This document shows, piece after piece, positions 29,222 to 39,395 of a stretch of DNA of 64,000 bases. Position numbers and translations under genes: made by a program. The stretch's first letter is position 1; each line of letters starts with the position of its first letter. Below the pieces are notes generated by a model. It was not told the origin of the DNA, did not search any database, and worked only from the letters and a program-made list of their open reading frames with translations. Source of the DNA: an uncultured Bacilli bacterium (GTDB taxonomy: Bacteria; Bacillota_I; Bacilli_A; RF39; UBA660); contig CAKPLY010000001.1 of assembly GCA_934167825.1 (NCBI GenBank), positions 5,508 through 69,507 of the forward strand. The letters run 5' to 3'.

Positions 29222-30529
29222 ATGAAAAAGATATTTAATTATATAATGTTTTCAGTGTTTATGTTTGTTATGTTTACTACAAATATACAAGCATATAGTT
29301 ATGAAATTACCAGTAAATCAATATATGCTGGGGAGTATGTAACTTTAACTATTGATGCATCAAATGACATTGGTAAGTTTGATATTACTTCTTCTAATAC
29401 AAATATAATTACAATAGAAAGCGGTAGTAGGTGGTTAGAAAAAGAAAGAGCAACTTTTAAGGTCGTTGCAAAAAAGGCAGGAAGTGCAAATATTACTATT
29501 ACTCCAACTGATGTTTCTACTAGTGAAGGCAAAGAAGTTACTAATCCTAAGGTTATTTCTATTACTGTTACTAATAAACCTGCACCACAAAAACCAGTAC
29601 AAACTCCAAAGTCTAGTAATAATTATTTAACTAGTTTAACTGTTGATGATTATTCTTTAGATAGTGATTTTGATAAAGAAAAGTTAGAGTATAGTGTTAC
29701 AGTAAAACCATTTACTAAAAGTATTAAGATTAATGCTCAAAAAGAAAATGATAAGGCTAATGTAAGTGGAGTTGGAGAAGTTAATTTAAATGATGGTGAT
29801 AATAAGTTTTCTATAGTAGTAACTGCAGAAAATAATGTTAAGAGAACATACGTACTTAATGTAAATGTACCTGTTTTAAAGGATATTGAAGTAGAAGTAG
29901 ATAATAAAAAGTATACTATTGTAAGAGAAGAAGGCAAGCTAGATTTAATCGAAGGATATACAAAGAAAAATATTAGTATAGATAATGAAGAAGATGTATT
30001 ATCATTTTATAGTGATGTTACTAAGTTTCAGTTAGTTATTTTAAAAGATAATGATGGAAATATGGATTATTATATATATGATAATGGTAAGTATACTAAA
30101 TATAAAGAGTATGATTTTTCTTCTGTTAGGATATGTATACTTGATAATAATAATATAGATAAAGATAAGTATTTAAAGACAGATCTTACTATTGGGGAAG
30201 ATAAGATTAATGCATATAAGTTAAAACTAAAAAGTAAGAGTAATACTACTTATGCACTTGATGATAAGTATTTAGATTATTATATAATATATGGAATTAA
30301 TGTTAAGACTGGTAATAAGGGATATTATTTATATGATAGAAAAGAGAATAGTGCAATAAGATATGATGAGGGATTACTTATAAATGAAGTGAGTACTGTA
30401 AGTAATAATGATAATTATAAGACATACTTTTATATATCTTTGATGGTATTTGGAGTAGTTATATTAACTATTGGTATTGTACTTATTGTTAAGGGTAGAA
30501 AAAACAAGAATAAAATTAATTTTAAGTAA
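29222..30529 (+). CDS. surface protein with cadherin-like beta-sandwich domain and C-terminal transmembrane anchor
   Basis: Signal peptide. NYLTSLTVDDYSL..YSVTV..VSGVGEVNLNDGDNKFSIVVTAENNVKRTYVLNVN. C-terminal TM plus KGRKNKNK. Confidence 0.6.
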   Translation: MKKIFNYIMFSVFMFVMFTTNIQAYSYEITSKSIYAGEYVTLTIDASNDIGKFDITSSNTNIITIESGSRWLEKERATFKVVAKKAGSANITITPTDVSTSEGKEVTNPKVISITVTNKPAPQKPVQTPKSSNNYLTSLTVDDYSLDSDFDKEKLEYSVTVKPFTKSIKINAQKENDKANVSGVGEVNLNDGDNKFSIVVTAENNVKRTYVLNVNVPVLKDIEVEVDNKKYTIVREEGKLDLIEGYTKKNISIDNEEDVLSFYSDVTKFQLVILKDNDGNMDYYIYDNGKYTKYKEYDFSSVRICILDNNNIDKDKYLKTDLTIGEDKINAYKLKLKSKSNTTYALDDKYLDYYIIYGINVKTGNKGYYLYDRKENSAIRYDEGLLINEVSTVSNNDNYKTYFYISLMVFGVVILTIGIVLIVKGRKNKNKINFK

Positions 30530-30557
30530 TATAATATAGTATCATTACTAGTATATG

Positions 30558-30595
30558 AAAAGAAAAAGAGCAAGTGTTTGCTTTTTTTCTTTGAT
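30558..30595. terminator. bidirectional terminator (AGCAA-gtgt-TTGCT flanked by A- and T-runs)
   Basis: Seen directly between the convergent genes. Confidence 0.5.
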
Positions 30596-30610
30596 AGTAT
30601 ATATAAAAAG

Positions 30611-30641
30611 AAAAGTACTTATATTTAAGTACTTTTCTTAT
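30611..30641. terminator. hairpin aagaaaagtactt/aagtacttttctt with flanking runs (terminator for minus-strand transcripts)
   Basis: Perfect 13-bp inverted repeat. Confidence 0.5.
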
Positions 30642-30746
30642 ATAAAGAGATTGACACACACATACTAATAACAAGCATTGGTGAATAACTTTTTAATTTC
30701 AAATTTTAATAATTTGAAATAAATTAGGATGTGAAATATTTATCTC
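30642..30746 (-). ncRNA. candidate small RNA: minus-strand TTGACA-17-TATCAT promoter (30754-30782) to the terminator at 30611-30641, with no ORF between
   Basis: Consensus promoter hexamers on the minus strand, terminator hairpin plus U-run, no SD-preceded ORF. Inference only. Confidence 0.3.
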
Positions 30747-30854
30747 AGTTATAATGATATCATATTATTTTTACTTTGTCAAATGTTTTTGTCGAAAATT
30801 TTTATTTTTTGTCAAAAAAGTGTGCGAGATGTAGAAAAATAGTGTAATTTTAGT

Positions 30855-33800
30855 TTATTTTTCTTTTACTAATTTTTTCGGCTCTTCAATTTTGATATTA
30901 CTTTGTTCTAATGTTTCGATGTAACTTGTTACACTGCTATTTAGTACGTTTATTGTACCTTTAGCGTTATAAAAGTCATTTAATTTATCTAAAGTAATTT
31001 TTGCGTCATCAGCATTTTTATATAATAATGCTTTGAATAAATCCATAACATCTTTGGATAACTCAATGGTTCTTTTTTCATTTTCGATTCCTTGTCCTAT
31101 TAATAGTTCTGATCCTATTAATGGTAATAAGTCATCTCTTGCAGTTTCTAAAGCATTAATAGTAAGAAAGTGATTTACTATCATTTGATTTAATTTTACT
31201 AGTTCTTGATTTAATAGTTGGTTTGATGTAATAAATCTTTCTTTTTTGTTTTTTACTATTTGTAGTTGTGAAGAAACATCAAGATAATTTGAATATTCAA
31301 ATGGATTTGATGGATCAATAGTTTGTAATTTGTTTTCTAGTAATTTTATCATATCTATAGTTTTTAATAGAAATTCATAATTCTTTTTTGAATATTCACT
31401 TATATATTTTTTTAACTTATCGTAAGTAAGTAATTCTTTGGATAATAATTCTATGTTTTTTGATATTGCGTCTTTTAAAATATGGAAATTTTCTATTTTA
31501 ATATTTGATTCTTTTTCTCCGGATTCAACACTAAAGAGACTACTAAAAAATCCTTTTTTCTTTTCTTCAGGTTGATAACACTTGTTAACTAATTCATTAA
31601 TTGTTTCAACTGATTTTTCTGTACTATCACTATCAATTAATTTTTGTTGTTCTTGGTTTATGGTTTTAAAGTGACTTGTTAGAATGTTACCATAATTAAC
31701 TATATTAATTGTGCTTGTTAAATCTATTGAAGATACTTCGATGTTTTGCAAACTTTTAATACATTCACTTAATGTAGGTATATATTCTTTGCCTGTAATT
31801 ATTTCTTTTTGTAATATACTATAGTTTTCATCACTTAAATTACTGATGATTTTTAAGATTTTACTATTGTTTACTTCATTACTAAATAGTTTCTTTATAA
31901 TACTAGAAATAGAATAATCTTTTTCTTCAAGATATTTTTGGTAATTTAATCCTAATCTATAAGATGTTTCAGTACTTTTTATATTAGGGTTAGTAATATT
32001 TAAATACTCTAGTATTCTTTCTTTAGTTATATTATATTTTTTTAATGTCTTTGCTATAAATACTATATTATTATTTTTATCATCATCTATTTCTATAGTG
32101 TTATATGTATCAAAGAATGCTAAAATTAAAGATAGTTTTTCTTTGTCTAAATCTGTAATATTTGGTATTTTTTCTATTATAGTATTATATTTTATTGCAT
32201 TTGTTAAATATTCTTTGCTTAAACTAGAATTAGTATTTCTTAGCAAACTTTCACATCTTTGTTTAGTAGAATAATTTTCATATTGAGTATCTAGATCGTT
32301 AAAATCTTCATAGTTTTTTGATATATGATGTAAGAATCTTATTAGATATGTTCCATCATATAATTCTTTATTAAAAATATTTCTAAATATATGATATGGT
32401 GTTAAATCTTTTCTTTCTACTGAAATGTTATAACCTTTGAAAATGTAATCTAAGTAATTGTTGTATAATATTTCATTGAAATCTTTATCATTTGTTACAA
32501 CACTAGAAAAATACTGTTTATCATTTATAAGTCCTTTTTCTTTAAGAAAATCTTGTAATGATTTGTCATTTAATGTTGCATATAATATTGCAGCAACTTT
32601 TTTGTCTTCAGGACTTAAATTATTTAAAATTTTTTCTAATTCGGCATCTTGTTTTGCGATACATTTTAAATAATTAATTGTACTTGGTTTTAAATCAGTA
32701 TATAATTCTTTATATATAAAGTCTTGATGTTCTTGCTGTTTTCTTTCAGTGAATTCTTTTAATTCTTTAGTAATATCATCAATCTTTTTATCTTTTGATA
32801 AATCATTAAAGATGTTTTCTAGAACTAGACTATTACCGTTATTAAAAGTAATTTTATTTTCTTTTTGATTTATAGTTGTTGATTCATAAACACTTTTTAC
32901 TTTACTGAAACTAACTTTAGTACTTTCTAGTTCTTCTTTAGTGATATTGATACCTAGAAGATTAAATATTTTATCATAAGTTATGTCATGTTCTTCATAG
33001 AAGTTATATAAAGATTTGTTAGTAAATAGGTATGCTAAAGATATTATATCGTTATTATTCTTTAGATATTTTGTATTATCTTTCTTTTTACTTAGTATAA
33101 GAGTGTATGCTTTAGTTAAGTTAATTAAGACATTTTTGTCATTGTCAGTTATATTTTGCTCTTTTAGAAAATCATTTATTTTTATTTGTTCATCTCTTTC
33201 ATCAAGTAAGTCTAGGATATTATCTTTATATAAGTTATAACTTGATAGGATAGTTTCTACTATAGTACTATTTGTGGCATTTCTATTAAATAGAGTAGCA
33301 AATAATTCTCTAGTGGGATCTAATTTTATATTCTTTAAGCATTCTATATATGGTTGATAATATTTTTTTATTACAAGATAATTAGGTTTTAATGTAAGGT
33401 TAGATAAAACATCGTTGTATTTGGAAATTAATGATGTATCTATTTTTAATTTATTAATCATTTCTTTTATGTTGCTATCTTTACTTGTAAGAAAACTCAT
33501 AAATAATGATAATGCTGCAATGTCTTCTTTAGAGTTACAATTTGCAAAACAATTTTTTAAACTTGATAATTTTTCTTTATCATTATTTTCAGGATTAATA
33601 TATGCATTATATATTGAAGAAGCAGTTTCAATTAAATTTACGACATTTATTTGAATATTAGAAAATACTTCTTTTTTTAAATCGTTTTTAATTTTACTTT
33701 TTTCTTCCTCAATTATTTTCTCTATATTTAAATTATTATATTCTTCTTGTGTTATAAAATATTTATGAAAATAAAAGCTGCCATCCCTATATATTTCTGG

Positions 33801-34241
33801 ATCAAAAGTTGTGCTGTCTTTGTAAATGTTGTTAATTATGTCTAATGTAGTAAGTCCATAGTAATCTTCGACATTATTATATATTTGAAAATAATTTTTA
33901 TATGTATTAAAGGTTTCTTTTAGATTGTTTTTTTCAATATTTATTATTGTTTCCTTATATGATATTTCGACGTCATTGCGATCAACAAATTTTCCTTTTG
34001 CTAATTCTCTTGCGATATATTGATAATTATTTTTGCCATATAGTGCTTCAATAAACATTACGATTTCTTTTAAAAAAGTACTACCAATTATATATTTATA
34101 AATATATTGATCTAATTTAACGACGATATACAAATCTGAATTATAAGTTCGTAAGTGATATAGATATTTTAAAACTGTGTTTACATATGTTTTTGTTTCT
34201 TTTGGTATTATTTCCATAAATTCTTCATAACTTATATTCAT
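30855..34241 (-). CDS. large (1128 aa) Lys/Asn/Glu/Ile-rich predicted helical protein of unknown function
   Basis: Long ORF with native codon usage, strong SD agaggggg, promoter TTGACA-17-TATCAT. No recognisable catalytic motif. Confidence 0.6.
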   Translation of the reverse strand: MNISYEEFMEIIPKETKTYVNTVLKYLYHLRTYNSDLYIVVKLDQYIYKYIIGSTFLKEIVMFIEALYGKNNYQYIARELAKGKFVDRNDVEISYKETIINIEKNNLKETFNTYKNYFQIYNNVEDYYGLTTLDIINNIYKDSTTFDPEIYRDGSFYFHKYFITQEEYNNLNIEKIIEEEKSKIKNDLKKEVFSNIQINVVNLIETASSIYNAYINPENNDKEKLSSLKNCFANCNSKEDIAALSLFMSFLTSKDSNIKEMINKLKIDTSLISKYNDVLSNLTLKPNYLVIKKYYQPYIECLKNIKLDPTRELFATLFNRNATNSTIVETILSSYNLYKDNILDLLDERDEQIKINDFLKEQNITDNDKNVLINLTKAYTLILSKKKDNTKYLKNNNDIISLAYLFTNKSLYNFYEEHDITYDKIFNLLGINITKEELESTKVSFSKVKSVYESTTINQKENKITFNNGNSLVLENIFNDLSKDKKIDDITKELKEFTERKQQEHQDFIYKELYTDLKPSTINYLKCIAKQDAELEKILNNLSPEDKKVAAILYATLNDKSLQDFLKEKGLINDKQYFSSVVTNDKDFNEILYNNYLDYIFKGYNISVERKDLTPYHIFRNIFNKELYDGTYLIRFLHHISKNYEDFNDLDTQYENYSTKQRCESLLRNTNSSLSKEYLTNAIKYNTIIEKIPNITDLDKEKLSLILAFFDTYNTIEIDDDKNNNIVFIAKTLKKYNITKERILEYLNITNPNIKSTETSYRLGLNYQKYLEEKDYSISSIIKKLFSNEVNNSKILKIISNLSDENYSILQKEIITGKEYIPTLSECIKSLQNIEVSSIDLTSTINIVNYGNILTSHFKTINQEQQKLIDSDSTEKSVETINELVNKCYQPEEKKKGFFSSLFSVESGEKESNIKIENFHILKDAISKNIELLSKELLTYDKLKKYISEYSKKNYEFLLKTIDMIKLLENKLQTIDPSNPFEYSNYLDVSSQLQIVKNKKERFITSNQLLNQELVKLNQMIVNHFLTINALETARDDLLPLIGSELLIGQGIENEKRTIELSKDVMDLFKALLYKNADDAKITLDKLNDFYNAKGTINVLNSSVTSYIETLEQSNIKIEEPKKLVKEK

Positions 34242-34282
34242 ATTAAATTCCCCCTCTTTGATGGCATATATGATAGCATTTT

Positions 34283-34298
34283 TTTACTCTTTTGTCAA
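34283..34298. promoter_or_regulatory. perfect palindrome TTTGTCAAATTTGACA overlapping the -35 of the 30855-34241 gene promoter
   Basis: Seen directly. TGTCAAA-like motifs recur downstream at 30776-30830. Confidence 0.4.
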
Positions 34299-34364
34299 AT
34301 TTGACATAAAAAAATAGTACTTAAATCTAGTTAACTGGATTTAGGTACTATTAAGATATTTAGT

Positions 34365-34970
34365 TTATTTGCCAAAGAATAATTTTTTGATATATTTATC
34401 TTCATTAATAGTTATATTTATGTTAGTGATAATATTAAGTTTATCTAATAAATTATTATCTATATCTAGGTTATATTTTATTATATCATTATATTCTTTT
34501 TTTAATATAGGGGTATCTTTAAGAAGATAGTCTATTTCTTTTAGAGAGTTATAGTTAAAAGTAATATCTATGTTATATCCTTTGATTAGGGGTACTATTA
34601 TGGCATTATTAAGAGTAGTAGTAACAGACTTAGTGTATGCTCGTACTAAGCCTCCAATGCCTAGTTTTATACCTCCAAAGTATCTAGTAGTTATTACTAA
34701 TATATTATTTAAGTTCTTTTCTGTTAGAACGTTAAGCATAGGTTTTCCTGCAGTATTTGAGGGTTCATTATCATCACTACATTTAATATTATTTCCTAAG
34801 ATATAGGCATATGTGTTATGTGTAGCGTCATTATATTTATTTTTTATTAATTCTAACTTATCTTTTATATCTATTAAACTTTCTACATAATAGATATTAG
34901 TTATAAACTTAGAGTTTTTAATTATAATAGTACTTTCTATATCATCTTTAATAGTATACATTTTGTTCAC
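34365..34970 (-). CDS. YigZ/IMPACT family protein (UPF0029)
   Basis: NTAGKPMLNVL and TRYFGGIKLGIGGLVRAY signature. Confidence 0.75.
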   Translation of the reverse strand: MNKMYTIKDDIESTIIIKNSKFITNIYYVESLIDIKDKLELIKNKYNDATHNTYAYILGNNIKCSDDNEPSNTAGKPMLNVLTEKNLNNILVITTRYFGGIKLGIGGLVRAYTKSVTTTLNNAIIVPLIKGYNIDITFNYNSLKEIDYLLKDTPILKKEYNDIIKYNLDIDNNLLDKLNIITNINITINEDKYIKKLFFGK

Positions 34971-35080
34971 CTAGATATATTTTAACATAAAAAGTAAAAT
35001 TAGTTAACTAGATGTTTAATTTGTTTACATAAGAAGTGTTTTAATATATAATTATTTATGTAAGATAAGTAGGTGATGAT

Positions 35081-35944
35081 ATGGATATAGATAGTTATTT
35101 AGATTATTTAAGGTGTGTTAAGAAGTATTCTAGTAATACAGTAAATTCATATAATGAAGATATAACAGAATATATAAGTGTTATTAATAAAGATATAAAA
35201 AAAGTATGCGAAGAAGATATAAAGAAATATTTAGAATATTTATATAACAAGAATATTAGTAAGAGTAGTATATCTAGGAAGTTAAGTAGTGTAAGAGGGT
35301 TATATAATTATTTATATACTAATAATAAGATAGATACTAATATATTTAGTGATATACATAATCCTAAAAAAAATAAGACATTACCTAATTTTTTAACAGA
35401 TAAGGAAGTTAGTATGCTTCTTGATTTAAAGATAGATAGTATATATTTTTCTAGAAATAGTTTGATTATAGAGTTATTTTATTCTACAGGGATAAGAGTT
35501 AGTGAGTTAGTTAATATAACACTAGAAGATATTAATATGCATGATAAGACTATTAAGATATTAGGTAAGGGTAGTAAAGAAAGAATAGTGTATTTTGGGA
35601 AGTATTGTTTTGATAAGTTAAATAAATATATTAATGATGAAAGAAGACTATTTGATAAGTATAATAGTAAGTATTTAATACTAAATAAGAATGGTAATAA
35701 GATTACTACTAGACAGATAGAGAATATTATTAATTATTATACTTTTAGGTGTGGATTAAATAAGAAGATAAGTCCTCATGTACTTAGACATACTTTTGCT
35801 ACTAGTATGTTAAATAATGGGGCAGATATAGTTAGTGTTAAAGAGTATTTAGGACATGAAAGTATTAGTACTACTAGTATTTATACACATGTTACTAATG
35901 AAAAGATTAGGGATGTATATAATAATTGTCATCCAAGAAGTTAG
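35081..35944 (+). CDS. tyrosine site-specific recombinase (XerC/XerD-like)
   Basis: SAM-like N-domain. Catalytic R..HxxR..Y (HVLRHTFATSMLNNGADIVSVKEYLGHESISTTSIYTHV). Confidence 0.75.
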   Translation: MDIDSYLDYLRCVKKYSSNTVNSYNEDITEYISVINKDIKKVCEEDIKKYLEYLYNKNISKSSISRKLSSVRGLYNYLYTNNKIDTNIFSDIHNPKKNKTLPNFLTDKEVSMLLDLKIDSIYFSRNSLIIELFYSTGIRVSELVNITLEDINMHDKTIKILGKGSKERIVYFGKYCFDKLNKYINDERRLFDKYNSKYLILNKNGNKITTRQIENIINYYTFRCGLNKKISPHVLRHTFATSMLNNGADIVSVKEYLGHESISTTSIYTHVTNEKIRDVYNNCHPRS

Positions 35945-35959
35945 GAAGGTATATGAAGT

Positions 35960-36562
35960 ATGAAAGAAGCTAAGTTATATTTTAAGTATGGGGTTATGAG
36001 TTCTGGTAAGACTAGAGATTTACAGATGAATTATCACTCTAATATGGAAGATGGGAAGAGTGTTATAATTATGAAACCTAAGATTGATACAAAGGGAGAA
36101 GAATGTATTAAATCAAGAGATAATCAATCTAATAAGGTAGATTATTTGATAGGTAAAGAGGATAATATATATATTCTTATTACTAAGTATATATTAGAAA
36201 ATAATTTAGATGTTATTTTAGTAGATGAAGCGCAGTTTTTAAGTAGTAAACAAATAGATGAGTTAAGTGATATTGTAGATTATTTGAATATAGATGTTAT
36301 ATGTTATGGAATAAGAGTAGATTTTCTAAGTAATTGTTTTAACGGTGGAATTAGATTGTTTGAAATTGCGGATGTTAGGGAAGAACTTACTAAAAAGTGT
36401 GTTTGTGGTAATATTGCAACTTGTAATATAAGATTTGATAAAGATAATATACCTACGTTTACGGGAGATAAAATAGCAATAGATGGGGAAAGTTATACTT
36501 ATAAGACAATGTGTAGGAAATGTGCGAAAACATTAAGAAAGAGATATAATAATAAAAATTAA
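35960..36562 (+). CDS. tdk: thymidine kinase
   Basis: P-loop GVMSSGKT, DEAQF, C-terminal zinc ribbon CxxC..CxxC. Confidence 0.85.
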   Translation: MKEAKLYFKYGVMSSGKTRDLQMNYHSNMEDGKSVIIMKPKIDTKGEECIKSRDNQSNKVDYLIGKEDNIYILITKYILENNLDVILVDEAQFLSSKQIDELSDIVDYLNIDVICYGIRVDFLSNCFNGGIRLFEIADVREELTKKCVCGNIATCNIRFDKDNIPTFTGDKIAIDGESYTYKTMCRKCAKTLRKRYNNKN

Positions 36563-36645
36563 TAAAATAAGAGATTTATATTTCTTTTTAATATAATTTA
36601 TTGTATAATAATTATATGTAAATAAGAATAGGAAGGGAAGTATTT

Positions 36646-38958
36646 ATGAATAATTTAACAAGTTACTATGTAAAAAAAGAAAGTGATCCAAATACTTTAA
36701 AAGAAAATATTATAATGGGTAAAAATTATAGAATATCTGTTTTAACTGATAGGCTTGTTAGGTTAGAATATTCTAGTAGTGGTGTATTTGAAGATAGAGC
36801 AAGTACTAATGTTATATTTAGAAATTTTCCTAGATGTTTATTTGTGGTTAATGAAAGTGATACGTTACTTCAAATTAGTACTAAATACTTTGTACTTTCT
36901 TATGTTAAGAATAAGAGCTTTATAAGTAGTAAGTTAACCCCAGGGAATAATTTAAAGATACTGCTTAAGGATACAGAAAAGACTTGGTATTATGGTCATC
37001 CTGAAGCAAGGAATTTTGGGGGACTTAAATATTCGTTGGATGATTTTACAGGTAAGTTAGAGTTAGATAAGGGGTTATATTCTACGGATGGATTTTGTGT
37101 ACTTGATGACTCAAATACTTTGGTTATTAATAATAATACTATGGAAGAGAGAGCTAAGGGTAATTTAGATATATATGTATTTATGTATAAGAGAGATTTT
37201 GGACTATGCTTAAAAGATTACTTCGATTTAACAGGCTATCCTTCTTTTATACCTAGATATACTTTAGGTAACTGGTGGTATAAGAATGAAGTATATACTA
37301 ATAAAGATATAATGAAAATAGTTAAGGAATTTAAAAATAATGAGATACCACTTTCTGTTATTATGTTAGGAAATTATTGGAACAGGGAAAATAGTTATGT
37401 TGTTAATGATAAATTACTTGATATTAATAGTCTTGTTAGTAGTTTGCATAAAAGTAATATAAGATTAGGACTTACTATTGATCCTACGATAAAAAGCGTG
37501 GATAATAAATTTAGTTTGATTCCTTTATCTAATGAAAAAATAGATATATATATTAATAAGATAATACATGAACTTGATAAGATGGGGATAGATTTATATT
37601 CAATAGATTATAATAATAAGAATGATTTAAATACTTTACATTTACTTAATCACTATAGTTATGTAGATATGATAGTTAATCAAAATAAAAGAGGGGTTAT
37701 TCTTTCTAGAAATAGTAAGATTGCTCCCCAGAGATATCCAATTATATTTACTGGTAAGACAATAGTAGATTATAATACGTTAAATAGTTTACCAGAATAT
37801 ACACTGAGTGCTGCGAATAATGGAGTTAGTTTTGTTGCTCATGCTATTGGAGGGTATTATAAGGGAATAGAACAAGAAGAGTTATATATGAGATATATTC
37901 AGTATGCTACATTTAGTCCTTTTCTTATTTTATCTAGTGATAAGGGTAAGTATTATAAGAGAGAACCTTGGAAATGGAATGCTTTAAGATTATCTGTAAT
38001 TAAATATTATATGCAGTTAAGATATAAGTTAATACCATATATATATACAGAAAGTTATAATTATTATAGTAAGTGTATACCTTTAACGCAACCTTTATAT
38101 TATAAATATAGTGCTATATATGATGAACCGTTATATAAGAATGAATATTATTTTGGTAGTGAGATGCTTATTTGTCCTATTACTAAGAAGAAGAATTTGT
38201 TAATTAATAGGGTAGTACAAAGAATATTTGTTCCTAGTGGGTTATGGTTTGATTTTAAGACTGGTAAGAAATATCCTGGGGATAAGTATTATATGTGTTT
38301 TTATAAGGATGATGAATACCCTGTGTTATGTAAAAGTGGTAGTATAATACCATTATCATTAGATTATACAGTAGATAATCCTAGTAATTTAGAGGTAGTT
38401 ATATTTCCTCTTAGTAGTAATACTTATACAATGTATGAAGATGATGGAGTAAGTAATAATTATAAGAATAGAGAATGTTTACTTACTAAGTTTAGTTATA
38501 TATATCAAAAAGATAATTATACTTTAAATATACTTAGTAGTGGTAAATATAGTTTGATGGAAAAAAGAAATTATAAGATTAGATTTAAAAATACTATTAA
38601 TATTACGGAGGTTAATGTTAAAGTTAATAATAAGTTTTATGATGCTAAAATTAGTTATGATAGAGATGATTTTATAATAGATATAAATGATGTTAATACT
38701 AGTTATGAACTTAGTATAAATTTAGTAGGTAAAGATATAGAATTAGATGTAGTACAACTTATTAATGAAGATATTAGGGGTATATTAAATGATTTAGAGA
38801 TAGAGACTAGTTTAAAAGAAAGAATAGATAGTATATTATTTAGTGATTTATCTATTAGAAAGAAAAGAATAGAAATAAAGAAGTTAAAGAAGTATAAATT
38901 AGAACCTAAATTTATAAATATGTTTATTAAATTACTTGAATATATAAGTAATGTATAG
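36646..38958 (+). CDS. glycoside hydrolase family 31-like protein (divergent catalytic motifs)
   Basis: GH31-type region RGVILSRNSKIAPQRYPIIFTGK (compare the G..L.R....G.QRY..HWTGDN signature). No canonical WIDMNE; the nearest is GIDLYSIDYNN. Confidence 0.5.
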   Translation: MNNLTSYYVKKESDPNTLKENIIMGKNYRISVLTDRLVRLEYSSSGVFEDRASTNVIFRNFPRCLFVVNESDTLLQISTKYFVLSYVKNKSFISSKLTPGNNLKILLKDTEKTWYYGHPEARNFGGLKYSLDDFTGKLELDKGLYSTDGFCVLDDSNTLVINNNTMEERAKGNLDIYVFMYKRDFGLCLKDYFDLTGYPSFIPRYTLGNWWYKNEVYTNKDIMKIVKEFKNNEIPLSVIMLGNYWNRENSYVVNDKLLDINSLVSSLHKSNIRLGLTIDPTIKSVDNKFSLIPLSNEKIDIYINKIIHELDKMGIDLYSIDYNNKNDLNTLHLLNHYSYVDMIVNQNKRGVILSRNSKIAPQRYPIIFTGKTIVDYNTLNSLPEYTLSAANNGVSFVAHAIGGYYKGIEQEELYMRYIQYATFSPFLILSSDKGKYYKREPWKWNALRLSVIKYYMQLRYKLIPYIYTESYNYYSKCIPLTQPLYYKYSAIYDEPLYKNEYYFGSEMLICPITKKKNLLINRVVQRIFVPSGLWFDFKTGKKYPGDKYYMCFYKDDEYPVLCKSGSIIPLSLDYTVDNPSNLEVVIFPLSSNTYTMYEDDGVSNNYKNRECLLTKFSYIYQKDNYTLNILSSGKYSLMEKRNYKIRFKNTINITEVNVKVNNKFYDAKISYDRDDFIIDINDVNTSYELSINLVGKDIELDVVQLINEDIRGILNDLEIETSLKERIDSILFSDLSIRKKRIEIKKLKKYKLEPKFINMFIKLLEYISNV

Positions 38959-39027
38959 TATAATAATCATTAAATTTATTAATAATTATATATCTTTTAT
39001 TAAAAAGTGTGAAAGGAAGAATATGTT

Positions 39028-39393
39028 ATGTTAGATAATTTATATATTAGAATATTATTAGAATACTTAATTGTATTTAGCGTAGTATTTATTATTAATT
39101 ATATATTTATAATAAGAGGAAGTAAGAAATTAAATAAGAAGAAGATTCCTTTAGAACTTATGTATTTAAATAAGTTATATAATTTAGATATAGATAAAAT
39201 TAATTATAAGAAATTTATGTATATATCTAGTTTAGTAAATACTTTTATAGTAAGTACAGTATATATAATTATTAATTATTTATTAGATAATATAATATTG
39301 CAGGTAATAATAGGGATAGTATTACTTATATTACTTATTATTATTTGTTATGGTATAATGGGTAGATGTTATATGAAGAAAGAAGGTAAATAA
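39028..39393 (+). CDS. small integral membrane protein (121 aa)
   Basis: Three hydrophobic segments, SD-preceded. No assigned family. Confidence 0.4.
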   Translation: MLDNLYIRILLEYLIVFSVVFIINYIFIIRGSKKLNKKKIPLELMYLNKLYNLDIDKINYKKFMYISSLVNTFIVSTVYIIINYLLDNIILQVIIGIVLLILLIIICYGIMGRCYMKKEGK

Positions 39394-39395
39394 TT

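Noticed and set aside
38959-39395. T-box leader upstream of leuS
   Set aside because: No AGAGA/GGTGA stem I or conserved T-box sequence is present. The interval is occupied by a small membrane-protein ORF instead.
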